IMG/VR virus record: IMGVR_UViG_3300037714_000079
Location: 1-40,824 of that record
Length of the DNA stretch: 40,824 nt
Direction: 5' to 3' (one strand)
DNA from: a virus
Taxonomy: Duplodnaviria > Caudoviricetes
The first letter of the stretch is position 1, and the number at the start of each line of letters is the position of its first letter. A program made the position numbers and the translations under genes. A model generated the notes under the pieces. That model was not told the DNA's origin. It ran no database searches and was given only the letters and a program-made list of their open reading frames with translations. Positions 6,933-15,944 of this stretch are shown piece by piece.

Positions 6933-7279
6933 CCGTGGCGAAAGACTGGGACCTCACAAAGCATCGGTACGAGATCCGCGTTAAGAAGACGCTCGAATCT
7001 GTCTGGATCTCGCTTTATGTTGGCCCGTGGAACAAGCTAGCTGAAAGTAAGTGGTCGGCAGCTTGGACCTTCTACGTGGACCGGCGATTGGTCCGCTTTG
7101 TCGACACCAAAGAAGCTTTGGCGATGTTTGATAACCACGGGGATCTAGTGGAATCAGAGAAGTATCTAGATGATTTCTACGTCGTCCCAGATGATGGCCC
7201 ACCCAACCGTAGGGTCGATCCGGAAATCCTGAGTGCCCTCCGTCGGAAGGTATTCCCGTTCAATGAGGAGGCCGCGTAG
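6929..7279 (+). CDS. Hypothetical protein
   Basis: GGGAG SD, TTGA overlap. Confidence 0.65.
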   Translation: MTVAKDWDLTKHRYEIRVKKTLESVWISLYVGPWNKLAESKWSAAWTFYVDRRLVRFVDTKEALAMFDNHGDLVESEKYLDDFYVVPDDGPPNRRVDPEILSALRRKVFPFNEEAA

Positions 7280-7282
7280 CCA

Positions 7283-8980
7283 ATGACCAATTCGGCTGCT
7301 GAGGCCGCCATTCAGTACACCGAACTCGGCTTCAAGGCATACCCCGTTCACGTGGACCTCGTGGCCGGGAACGACGGCAAGGTCCGGAAGATCCCTCGTT
7401 TCAAGGACGGCCATTGGTCCCCCGAAAAGGGGGCTGAATACCCGACTGACCCGGATGCCATTCGGGCCCACTGGGGCGACTACGACGGCGTAGTCATCGT
7501 TTGTGCGCTATCTGGCATCGTCGCCGTCGACATCGACCAGTCTGACGAGAAAGACGGCTGGGGCAACCTGAAAGCAGCCGGGCTACATCCACCGCGAACC
7601 CCAATGATCCAGCGCACGTCCAGCGGGGGACGCCATCTGTTGTATCGGGCCCCCAAAGGTGTGGAGCTATCCAATCGCCAAGGAGTCCCGGTCAAGGATG
7701 TCGATATCCGGGCAGGCGGAGGTAATGGCGGGCTTCTGTTCGTGGAGCCAACGGCCCTGCCGGATGGCCGGGCCTGGAAGTTCGGAACGGTTGTAGCCAG
7801 GGATGAGCTTCCAATACTCACCCCCGAATGGGTCGAGCTGATCCGGGTCAAGGAAGAGGCTCGTCGGGATCAGTCTTTGCCGTCTGACCCCGAAGCGCTC
7901 CTCAAGCGAGTTCGTGAAATGCCCGCTGGCGAGGGCTGGGAACGCCTAGGCCCTCTGTCAATGAGGTACGCCGCCGTCGCTATGGGCGTAGGTATGAAAG
8001 ACCCAGAGATTGAGGAAACCTTCCTCGACGCCTACAGGGATCGCCCAGGCGGCACACTGTCCGATGCTCGAAGGTCGATCAAGTCGGCGCTGACGAAGGT
8101 CGAGCCCTGGTTACCAGGTGAGCCAGAGCCTGATTTTGATGACCTAGTAGCCGTGGAGGCCACCCGGCAGGAAATCCGGCTGAGGGGCCAGAAGAAAGCC
8201 CTAGAGAAGATCGAGGGTGAAGCGGCTATCCATTTGCGTCGGGAGGATGCGGCCGACCTCACATCCCCGATGCAGTCGACGGTATGGGTTGTCCCTGGGC
8301 TGATAGCGGAGAACGAGGTTACCCTGTTGTACGGCGGGAGTCGGGCAGCCAAAACAGCGATGATGGTCGACTTGTGTGGGCACCTAGCAACAGCCGGGAG
8401 ATTCATGGGGTCGGACGTCAAGGCCACCCGAGGGCTGTATCTAGCGGCTGAGGCGTTTACCTCCGTGGCTAATCGGTTCAGGGCGTGGTTTCAGCACCAT
8501 GGGTTGACCCCGGACCCCCGGATGATTGAAGTTCAGCCTGGCAATCTACAATTGGATAGCCCGCGCTCGGTAGAGCGCGCGGTGAGCTACATGAAACCCT
8601 TTGGGTTTGTCGTAGTTGACATGTTGGAATACGTCACAGGCGGGCTGTCTATCAACACCGATGCCGCTCGTATTGTAGTGACCTTCAAAGACCTTGCTAT
8701 TAGGGCGGGGGTGACCTTGGTAGTCCTACATCACCCGAAGGCTCCTAAGGTAGACCGAGACGGCAATACGGTCTACTCGAAGGAAATGGCTGGACAACAC
8801 GGGGCTTTCTTCGGGAAGTCGAACTACATCCTATTCGCCGAACCCGATGGAGAACACAGGTATTCGGTGACTGTGACGAAATCGAAGGACAGCGAGGATG
8901 GATCCCGGTGGACAGGGCGAACCATCGGCGGGCCGGGCGGGTTCCCGGTGTACGTAAGTCAAGGAAAACTTGAGTATTAG
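7283..8980 (+). CDS. Bifunctional primase-polymerase / AAA (RepA-like) helicase
   Basis: Prim-pol motifs VAVDID, TxSGGRHLLY, DIR; C-terminal P-loop GGSRAAKT, YLAAE, VVVD, VLHH. Confidence 0.85.
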   Translation: MTNSAAEAAIQYTELGFKAYPVHVDLVAGNDGKVRKIPRFKDGHWSPEKGAEYPTDPDAIRAHWGDYDGVVIVCALSGIVAVDIDQSDEKDGWGNLKAAGLHPPRTPMIQRTSSGGRHLLYRAPKGVELSNRQGVPVKDVDIRAGGGNGGLLFVEPTALPDGRAWKFGTVVARDELPILTPEWVELIRVKEEARRDQSLPSDPEALLKRVREMPAGEGWERLGPLSMRYAAVAMGVGMKDPEIEETFLDAYRDRPGGTLSDARRSIKSALTKVEPWLPGEPEPDFDDLVAVEATRQEIRLRGQKKALEKIEGEAAIHLRREDAADLTSPMQSTVWVVPGLIAENEVTLLYGGSRAAKTAMMVDLCGHLATAGRFMGSDVKATRGLYLAAEAFTSVANRFRAWFQHHGLTPDPRMIEVQPGNLQLDSPRSVERAVSYMKPFGFVVVDMLEYVTGGLSINTDAARIVVTFKDLAIRAGVTLVVLHHPKAPKVDRDGNTVYSKEMAGQHGAFFGKSNYILFAEPDGEHRYSVTVTKSKDSEDGSRWTGRTIGGPGGFPVYVSQGKLEY

Positions 8981-8992
8981 GGAGAGAGACAG

Positions 8993-9208
8993 ATGACGAA
9001 GTACAAACTAATCGGCAAGGCCCCCGGGGTCAAGGGTCCGAAGCATGTCGGCCCCTTTAAGGCTAAAGACGGCGTGGTCATGGATGCCAACGAAGTTCGG
9101 GTCTCTTACGCAGATAGCCAGCATGTCGACTTTGAGGGTGAGGATGACTACAAGATCGCGGAAGTTATCGCCAAAGCCCTGAACGCCTATTTCGGAATCG
9201 GGGTGTGA
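8993..9208 (+). CDS. Hypothetical protein (paralog family member 1)
   Basis: GGGAG SD; shares a domain with the ORFs at 9205 and 10048. Confidence 0.7.
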   Translation: MTKYKLIGKAPGVKGPKHVGPFKAKDGVVMDANEVRVSYADSQHVDFEGEDDYKIAEVIAKALNAYFGIGV

Positions 9209-9609
9209 CCATGACGGATATCAAATCGGGTACACGGGTCACGGCTACTTGTACCGATGGCGTGGAGAAGGTTGCCGGGGTTCTCTTGGAACCGGGACAA
9301 GAGCAGGAATACTCAGATGAACGGTCAGTATTGCCGGATGGCAATTACCCGGACGATTACCGGTTTGTTCGGCCGGAGACCATTAAGGCAGTTGAGCCGC
9401 TGAGCTTCATCGGTCCGAAGCCTGAGCCGGTCGAGGAGCCTGCCGTGGTCCTGCCGTTCGCTGTTGTCCCCGGGATTAGAAGCATTATCTGGGATGACAA
9501 CGGCGAGGACCTAATCACAGTCAACGGATCGACCCTGACGGAAGAAGAAGACGGTGAACTGGCGGCTCTGGTCGTCAAACTCCTTAACAAGCACTTCGGC
9601 GTTGAGTAA
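9205..9609 (+). CDS. Hypothetical protein (paralog family member 2)
   Basis: C-terminal FIGPKP...PF...DxN...LLNKHFG domain. Confidence 0.7.
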   Translation: MTMTDIKSGTRVTATCTDGVEKVAGVLLEPGQEQEYSDERSVLPDGNYPDDYRFVRPETIKAVEPLSFIGPKPEPVEEPAVVLPFAVVPGIRSIIWDDNGEDLITVNGSTLTEEEDGELAALVVKLLNKHFGVE

Positions 9610-10051
9610 GCCAGTCGTCTGCAACGACTGCATCCGGGACGGCGTGAAGACCATCCGGCCCACGAAGAGGGTTAGCCCTAAGGTCAACCTTTGTGTGACC
9701 CACATCAGGGCCCGCCGTAAGGCTACCCGAGAGCGCGCTAGGGCTGCCCGGCTGGAGAGGGTCTACTCGATATCGGCCGAGATCTACCAAGAGCTGTACA
9801 AGGCACAGGGCGGGCAATGTGCCATGGGTTGCGGGGCCACCGGGAAGACAAAGGCGCTAGCAGTCGATCACGATCATAGTTGTTGCCCAGGGCCTACGTC
9901 GTGTGGCAAGTGCATCCGGGGTCTCCTATGCGGCCCGGATAACCAGTTACTCGGAAGATTCCGGGATGACCCGGAGAGATTCCGGGCAGCAATCGAATAC
10001 CTACTGAACCCGCCGAGCAGGCGGGTTCTTTCTTTTAGGGAGAAACTATGA
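9602..10051 (+). CDS. Recombination endonuclease VII
   Basis: YxIxxExYxxLYxxQGGxC..LAVDHDH..RGLLCxxxNxxLG..AIEYL. Confidence 0.9.
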   Translation: MSKPVVCNDCIRDGVKTIRPTKRVSPKVNLCVTHIRARRKATRERARAARLERVYSISAEIYQELYKAQGGQCAMGCGATGKTKALAVDHDHSCCPGPTSCGKCIRGLLCGPDNQLLGRFRDDPERFRAAIEYLLNPPSRRVLSFREKL

Positions 10052-10458
10052 CGTTTATCGGACCCAAGCCGACCGATGGCCCCAAGTACTGCACGCCGTT
10101 CAAGGCTGACTACTACATCGTGTTGGACGCTAATGATGTTGAGGTGACCACAGTAGACCTGGAGTCCTCGACGGACGACGCCGCGATGGCTCAGGCGATC
10201 GTGGACGCTTTGAACGAGAAGTTTGGAGAGAAGATCGATGTCGCGCCGAAGCTTCGGACTCTTATCGGTTGGTACCTCGGCCTTAATGGGGAAGAGGGGG
10301 AATTCGTTTATGACAGCCGAGTTTATGAGATCTCTCATGGGCGCTTTGTCTGGGCAGATTCCCGTAAGGAGGCTGAAAGCAGGGAACCGGGCTGGATGTT
10401 GCCGAATAATCACTATCGTCTCGTGGATGTCGAGACCGGCGAGGAGGTTACCGAGTGA
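10048..10458 (+). CDS. Hypothetical protein (paralog family member 3)
   Basis: N-terminal FIGPKP...PF...DAN...ALNEKFG domain. Confidence 0.7.
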   Translation: MTFIGPKPTDGPKYCTPFKADYYIVLDANDVEVTTVDLESSTDDAAMAQAIVDALNEKFGEKIDVAPKLRTLIGWYLGLNGEEGEFVYDSRVYEISHGRFVWADSRKEAESREPGWMLPNNHYRLVDVETGEEVTE

Positions 10459-10589
10459 TCTGGCGGTGCACAGTCATCCGGGACAAGCACGGCCCCCCGG
10501 TAATCGTCCGGCTGGATGACAAGGGCCGATGGGTCGACCGGTGGAACCGGGATACCAAGACATGGCAACCGATCGAGGAGAACAAATGA
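10455..10589 (+). CDS. Hypothetical protein, 44 aa (MIWRCTVIRDKH...), not in the ORF track
   Basis: GAGGAGG SD; GTGA and ATGA overlaps at both ends. Confidence 0.6.
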   Translation: MIWRCTVIRDKHGPPVIVRLDDKGRWVDRWNRDTKTWQPIEENK

Positions 10590-10738
10590 CGGAGAGTACG
10601 TCTTATCAGAAGGCTATGCTGTTCGCCCTGAATGTCTTGGGCAAGCACGTGTACGGCGGGACGGTGTCCCTGAAAGCGAAGGCCCGACGACGTTCCCTCA
10701 GTCGACGTCAGAAGGCGTCCCGGAAGGCTAACCGATGA
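10586..10738 (+). CDS. Small basic protein (KHVYxGTV...RRR...SRKANR type)
   Basis: GAGGAG SD; motif common in actinophages. Confidence 0.7.
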   Translation: MTESTSYQKAMLFALNVLGKHVYGGTVSLKAKARRRSLSRRQKASRKANR

Positions 10739-11493
10739 CCGAACCTCGCATTTTGGCCTGGGATATCGAGACATCGCCGAACCTGGCCTACGTCTGGGGC
10801 TTGTTCAAGCAGAACGTTAGCCTTAACCAGATTAAGGACCGTGGCGAGATCATGAGCTTCGGGGCCCGGTGGGTCGATGAGCCACCGAAGAACATCATGT
10901 TCTTCGGTGGCCCGAAGAAGTCTGACTACCGACGGATGATCCGAGCCGCCTTCAAGCTGTTCGATGAGGCTGACGCCCTAGTGTCCTGGAACGGGAAGGG
11001 ATTCGATACCAGGTGGATGCAGCGGGCATTCCTCTTGGAAGGTCTTGGCCGCCCGTCGGCTCATAAGGAAATCGACCTTATGCTGACGTCCCGGAAGCAC
11101 TTCCGGTTCGTCAGCTCGAAGCTCCAGAACGTCAGCCAGGAACTCGGGTTGGCTGGGAAGGTCCAGCATTCCGGGTTCGATCTCTGGCTTCGCTGCATGA
11201 AGGGTGACCCCGCTGCCTGGGAAGAGATGAAGGAATACAACCTTCAGGACGTCAACCTACTGGTTGACCTCTACGACAAGATGTTGCCGTGGATCGGGTC
11301 GGAGCACCCGAACCGCAATCTCTACTCGGAAGTTGACGGTTGTCCTCGCTGCCCGGCTGGCATAGAGGCGTTGAAGCCCCGGGGTTTCCGGCAAACGATT
11401 GTCGGGGCCTACCAGCGGTATCGGTGCGACGCGTGTGGGTCTTGGTCGTCGGAGGGTAAGCGCGTCTTCGGGGTTGATATTCGTGCTGCCTGA
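10735..11493 (+). CDS. DnaQ-like (RNase H fold) 3'-5' exonuclease with C-terminal Zn finger
   Basis: DIET, WNGKGFD, YNxQDV; CPxC...CxxCG. Confidence 0.85.
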   Translation: MTEPRILAWDIETSPNLAYVWGLFKQNVSLNQIKDRGEIMSFGARWVDEPPKNIMFFGGPKKSDYRRMIRAAFKLFDEADALVSWNGKGFDTRWMQRAFLLEGLGRPSAHKEIDLMLTSRKHFRFVSSKLQNVSQELGLAGKVQHSGFDLWLRCMKGDPAAWEEMKEYNLQDVNLLVDLYDKMLPWIGSEHPNRNLYSEVDGCPRCPAGIEALKPRGFRQTIVGAYQRYRCDACGSWSSEGKRVFGVDIRAA

Positions 11494-11496
11494 TTA

Positions 11497-11510
11497 CTTG
11501 ACATGTGCCA
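11497..11510 (+). promoter_or_regulatory. Stoperator-like repressor site CTTGACATGTGCCA
   Basis: 13/14 match to the other copies, 3 nt after a stop codon. Confidence 0.7.
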
Positions 11511-11518
11511 GTGGAAGG

Positions 11519-12103
11519 ATGAATGAGGCTATTGTCGCCGAGGTCGATAAAGCCGCACTCGTGGTCTCCCGCTCGTGGACAGGGGTACTGGACTTTGAGG
11601 ATATTCGCAACGGCACATGGGTGAAGATTCTGGAATCCCCGAAAACGCTGGAATCCCTAGAGTCCTACGAGGAAGGCCAACGGGGTCGGGTGCTCAGGGC
11701 TATCGCCCGGCAATGTGTCGGCGCGGAGCTGGCCGACCAAGAGGTGTTCTCCGCTCAGGTCTACTACTCGACGGATGACGTCCGGAGAATCCTGTCGAAC
11801 GGGGGAGCTATGGATATCCCTGGGTCTCCGTCACACGTCGAGTGGATCGACGCTCAGGAGGCCATGAAGGCCATTAGCCCACGGCATGCTGAGGTGTTGT
11901 TCTCCAGGTACGTCGCTGAGGACTATGACGCCTCAGCTGGGGTCTCCAGGATGAATCTCACCCGGGCTAGGGACGCCTTGGCCGTTGCCATGAATCGTCT
12001 CCGGCGAGAAGCGGAGATGGCCCATGAAGGCCCTGGTTCACGTCGGGTGCTGTCCAACTCGGCAACCCATTCACTGTCCAAGAGAGAAGGGGGCGACCGG
12101 TGA
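11519..12103 (+). CDS. Sigma-factor-like DNA-binding protein (cluster A type)
   Basis: W..ILE.P, YSxDDVRxIL, region-4-like helices, C-terminal HEGPGSR; start at ATG 11519. Confidence 0.6.
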   Translation: MNEAIVAEVDKAALVVSRSWTGVLDFEDIRNGTWVKILESPKTLESLESYEEGQRGRVLRAIARQCVGAELADQEVFSAQVYYSTDDVRRILSNGGAMDIPGSPSHVEWIDAQEAMKAISPRHAEVLFSRYVAEDYDASAGVSRMNLTRARDALAVAMNRLRREAEMAHEGPGSRRVLSNSATHSLSKREGGDR

Positions 12104-12264
12104 CGACTCTGTTTGATATCACGGTTACCCGAGGAGATATGTACCAATCGTGGGTGGTGCCGGAACTGTTTCCGGATGAGCGACCCGCGCTGATCGCCAA
12201 TTGGTCAGCGGATGACCGAGAAATGTACTGCGGAGGAGAATTCACCCATGGCTATGGCTGCTGA
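12100..12264 (+). CDS. Conserved small protein, 54 aa (MYxxxVxPELFP...NWSxDDxEMYxGG), not in the ORF track
   Basis: Read by hand; GTGA overlap; resembles a small cluster-A-type gene as recalled. Confidence 0.7.
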   Translation: MTTLFDITVTRGDMYQSWVVPELFPDERPALIANWSADDREMYCGGEFTHGYGC

Positions 12265-12714
12265 CTTCGACCCGTTCAAAGACGAAGAGGAGAACGAAGT
12301 GGCGGACCACAATGAAATCTCGGTGACCTTCAAGGCCCACGGGGGCTTTGACGCCCCGTGGATCGTTGTCCGGGGTAGTGCGGAATACCTGGCGGATCTG
12401 TTCAAGATCAAGGATTTCGATGGCCGAGTGTCGACCCTGATGAATCGAGTGGTGGACCTCGATAGCCACTACAAGAAGGTTATTGGTGGCGGGGCGGCCC
12501 CAAAAGGCTGAGGCCGGGTCAACCCCCAGGCAGTGTAGAGCCGCCTGAGTGGGCGGGTGAGCCACCTGAATGTGACCACGGCGAGAAGCGTAGATACAAG
12601 TCGACGCTTAAGAAGAACGGCGAAGTAGGCCACTTGTTTGAGTGTGCCGCCGTCGATTATCCCAACCCTGGGCAGTGTGACGCTCAGTGGCTGAACAAAC
12701 CTAAGGAGAAATAA
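12248..12714 (+). CDS. Conserved protein with C-terminal CxH..C..C Zn-ribbon reached by a -1 frameshift; short form ends at 12511
   Basis: N-terminal TFKxxxxFDAPWIVVRG; C CCA AAA heptamer at 12499-12505; -1 frame encodes CDHG..YKS..K.G..LFEC..QCDAQWL. Confidence 0.7.
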
Positions 12715-12715
12715 T

Positions 12716-13126
12716 ATGGCTTGGGAAACCGTCGAGGACAACGGCGGAGGCGACTACGACGAGCGTGAGCGCCTCGCCACAAAAATCGGCAGCAAGATCG
12801 AGGGCACCTATCGCCGAGTAGGGGACTTGGTTGACGGTAAGTACGGACCGGTCCGGTGGGTTGAAGTAGACACCCTGGACGGCGTTGAGGGCAGCTTTCC
12901 TCTCCGGTCTAAACAGCACCTTACGGTGCTTGAGAATGCCCTCGAAGATGAATTGCTGACTTCGGGTGTTCAGGTTCGGTTCTCGTTCGACGCCAAGGAC
13001 ACCAACAGCGGCAACACGATGAACAAGTTGACCATTCAGGTCAACCGGGGGGGCGGGAAGGCCCCGGCTAAGAAAGCGGCCCCGAAGGCTCAGGAGCCGA
13101 CGTCGGACGACGAACCAGATTTCTAA
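12716..13126 (+). CDS. Putative single-stranded DNA-binding protein
   Basis: Beta-rich OB-like core, low-complexity linker, acidic tail ending DDEPDF; directly upstream of PolA. Confidence 0.65.
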   Translation: MAWETVEDNGGGDYDERERLATKIGSKIEGTYRRVGDLVDGKYGPVRWVEVDTLDGVEGSFPLRSKQHLTVLENALEDELLTSGVQVRFSFDAKDTNSGNTMNKLTIQVNRGGGKAPAKKAAPKAQEPTSDDEPDF

Positions 13127-13136
13127 GGAGTAACCC

Positions 13137-15236
13137 ATGCGTGCGCCGGAAGGCACTCTCACCCTGGACATCGAGACCCATTCGGCGCACCTTATCTACA
13201 CACTGCCCCCTCAGGAGTTCTTCCGTCTCGGGGGTTATCGGTGGAAGGGTGATCCCGAAGTCACAATCACCACCGACCTCGAAGAGATGCGGGACGTCAT
13301 CCGCCGAGCCCGATGGATCGTCGGTCATAACATCCACTTTTTCGACCTGAAGGCTATCTTCGGGCATCTCTCCAATGAGCCTGTGAAGTTGGCGATGGAG
13401 GGTCGGGTATACGACACGATCATTCATGCCGGTCTGGTCAACCAAACCCCCGCCGAATGGCTGGATCGACACGGGTCCTTTCATAAAGCCCCTAAGGACG
13501 GCTGGAAGCCGAAGCAGATGATGCCTTGGTTCGGGTTGGATGAACAGGCCCACCAACTAGGTATCAGTGGAAAGACGGATGACCTTAAGAAGCTAGCTGC
13601 TGAGTTCGTGGAGCCGGGGGAGGATATCTCCCTGGGGTTCGGTCGAATCCCAGTAGATGACCCTCGATACCGGGCCTACCTCGTAGGTGACGTTGAGGCA
13701 TCAGAGCGGGTAGCCGCCGGGCTGGTCAAGCGAGGCAAACTCTCCGGTAACGGAGAGCGCTACGACGGCAGTCGTGGGTACACGCGGGATTACGTCGGTT
13801 ACCCGATGCGGGAACAAGAGATAGCCGCCCGAGCGGCGGTTATCGGGTCTAATGGCTGGAGGGTGTGGATTGAAGGGGCCACCAAACGCCGGGATGAGCT
13901 AGCCGCCCGCCGAGACGTCATTGTTGGGAAGCTGGCAGAGGATTACGGCCTGCCAACTGAGAGCGATAACCCTTGGTCAACTAACGACGGCAAGCGGGTC
14001 ATCGTGTCCACGTTGGCGGATGCGGGTATCACCCCGAAGACGGTCGACTGGCCCAAGACGGATGGATATAAGAACCGAGACCGCGATCGACTGAAGGCTA
14101 TCGAGAAAGCTAAGGCCCTCAGATCCTCGGTGTCGGCTTGGAAACACGAACTCCTTGCCGGTATAGCGGGGAACGGCCGGAAGCTCTCCAAGAGCCAGAT
14201 AGCGGCCCGCAATCGTTGGGTAATGGAGAAGTCCGCTGAGGCTACGCACTTAGAGCGCGAGCCACTGCCCCCGTGGTACGGGTTGTCTCTTGGTGGAGAG
14301 ACGCTAATCCAGCTGACTAAGGGTACGAGTGCCGAGGATCTAGGAACTGCCTTGGCGGAGGTCAAGGGACAGCGATCGCTTGCTCAGTTGACCCTAGACA
14401 GCCTCCACCCGGATGGCAGGGTTCACCCGGAGATCACCATGCTCCAGGCATCAGGCCGATGGTCAACCACCAAGCCTGGGCTGACCGTGTGGACGGCAAG
14501 GGGCCCCGGGGCCATCGAGAAGCAGTACTACCTACCTGATTATGCCGACGAGGTGTTGTGCACTGTCGACCTTAGCCAGGCCGATTCCAGAGGAATCGCC
14601 GCTGAATCGGGGGACACAGAGTTCGCCGTTAGGTTCGAGCCTGGGCAGGATGGCCACCTTCTCAACGCCATAACCACTTGGGGTTATGACGTAGTCATGG
14701 AGTCCGAAGAGACCCAGGCCCACTACCGGCAAGCTGTTAAGCCGATGTCCCATGGTCAACCCTATGGTGGTGGAGCGGCCACCCTGGCAGCGATGGCCGG
14801 GGCTCCGCTGGAAGACGCAAAGCGGTTCTGTGATGGCATGGTGCGGGACTTCCCGCGTTTGGCTGAATGGCAAGACGAGATCCGGAGATTCGCTCGTCGG
14901 CACGGCTACGTCGTCAACGACTGGGGCCGTCAGATGCGGGTAGATAAAGACAGGGCTCACACCCAAGGGCCCGCCTACATGGGCCAGAACGTCACTCGGG
15001 AAATCATGTGCGACATCTTGCTGTCGTTCCCGTTGCCGGTTCTCCGGCGGACGAAGGCTCAGATTCATGATGAGTTCGTGTTCTCCATTCCTCGGAAGAA
15101 CGCGAAGAAACACCAAGCGTGGCTAGTTAACGCTATGTCTACAGTCTTCGATCCCAAGCACGGTCGAGGACAACGAATCGAATTTCCGGCGTCGTCCGGG
15201 GCGCTCGGAGACAACTGGTACGAGTGCAACCATTAG
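13137..15236 (+). CDS. polA: Family A DNA polymerase with 3'-5' exonuclease
   Basis: Exonuclease motifs DIET, GHNIxxFD, YxxxD; polymerase motifs SGRWST, DLSQADSR, RxxxKxxxHGxxYG, IHDE. Confidence 0.92.
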   Translation: MRAPEGTLTLDIETHSAHLIYTLPPQEFFRLGGYRWKGDPEVTITTDLEEMRDVIRRARWIVGHNIHFFDLKAIFGHLSNEPVKLAMEGRVYDTIIHAGLVNQTPAEWLDRHGSFHKAPKDGWKPKQMMPWFGLDEQAHQLGISGKTDDLKKLAAEFVEPGEDISLGFGRIPVDDPRYRAYLVGDVEASERVAAGLVKRGKLSGNGERYDGSRGYTRDYVGYPMREQEIAARAAVIGSNGWRVWIEGATKRRDELAARRDVIVGKLAEDYGLPTESDNPWSTNDGKRVIVSTLADAGITPKTVDWPKTDGYKNRDRDRLKAIEKAKALRSSVSAWKHELLAGIAGNGRKLSKSQIAARNRWVMEKSAEATHLEREPLPPWYGLSLGGETLIQLTKGTSAEDLGTALAEVKGQRSLAQLTLDSLHPDGRVHPEITMLQASGRWSTTKPGLTVWTARGPGAIEKQYYLPDYADEVLCTVDLSQADSRGIAAESGDTEFAVRFEPGQDGHLLNAITTWGYDVVMESEETQAHYRQAVKPMSHGQPYGGGAATLAAMAGAPLEDAKRFCDGMVRDFPRLAEWQDEIRRFARRHGYVVNDWGRQMRVDKDRAHTQGPAYMGQNVTREIMCDILLSFPLPVLRRTKAQIHDEFVFSIPRKNAKKHQAWLVNAMSTVFDPKHGRGQRIEFPASSGALGDNWYECNH

Positions 15237-15244
15237 GGAGAGAG

Positions 15245-15406
15245 ATGTACGACGGCTATTACGTCTACATAGAAGATGGGGACATGTGGCTTGGGTACTC
15301 GCCTTACCCCTACGACGAGGAGGAGCTGGTTACGAATCTCGGGGGCGTCGCTGACCTGTTGGAAATTCTCGTAGCCATTCGCGCACACCAAGAGGAGAGC
15401 AAATGA
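15245..15406 (+). CDS. Hypothetical protein
   Basis: GGGAG SD, ATG 15245. Confidence 0.6.
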   Translation: MYDGYYVYIEDGDMWLGYSPYPYDEEELVTNLGGVADLLEILVAIRAHQEESK

Positions 15407-15744
15407 GCTATTCAGCCACGGGCGCTGACGCCTGGATCGCGGAGCAGACTCGGGAGATCGAGCGTCAGCACAATGAAATCATTGAGCTTAACGGCCGACT
15501 GGCGGACGCTATACATATGGTCAACGTCCTGGAGATCGAGAAGGACAACCTGGCGTCGGAGCTGATCGAGATGAACAGCGCCAAGGATACCGTTAGTGAT
15601 TACGCCAACGGGATTTCCAGTGAGCTAGACGGCCTGTACCGAAAGGTGGATCGGGCGATCGACAGCCTTCGGGTATTGGACGAAGTCCCAATTAGGGATC
15701 TCACTGCTTCGGTTGGAAACATTATCGAAGGGTTGAAGGCATGA
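15403..15744 (+). CDS. Coiled-coil hypothetical protein
   Basis: GAGGAG SD; heptad-like pattern. Confidence 0.7.
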   Translation: MSYSATGADAWIAEQTREIERQHNEIIELNGRLADAIHMVNVLEIEKDNLASELIEMNSAKDTVSDYANGISSELDGLYRKVDRAIDSLRVLDEVPIRDLTASVGNIIEGLKA

Positions 15745-15944
15745 GCGACTGGGAGAAGCTCGAAGAGCACGTCACGGTTTCGATGGTATTCGTAAACCAT
15801 GAGGGCCAGGGGTTCACCCGGGGTGAGACCTTACGTGTCGAGTGGATTCGTGACTTGGGTGGCGACTCCATCTCTGTTCGGGGTGTCGAACTGGAATCCG
15901 GCACTAAGGTTCGTATCGACATCCTGTATGGAGAGAGCAAATGA
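15741..15944 (+). CDS. Hypothetical protein
   Basis: ATGA overlaps at both ends. Confidence 0.65.
   Translation: MSDWEKLEEHVTVSMVFVNHEGQGFTRGETLRVEWIRDLGGDSISVRGVELESGTKVRIDILYGESK

Noticed and set aside
14061-14282. Intein in PolA
   Set aside because: No N-terminal Cys/Ser block or His-Asn C-terminal splice motif
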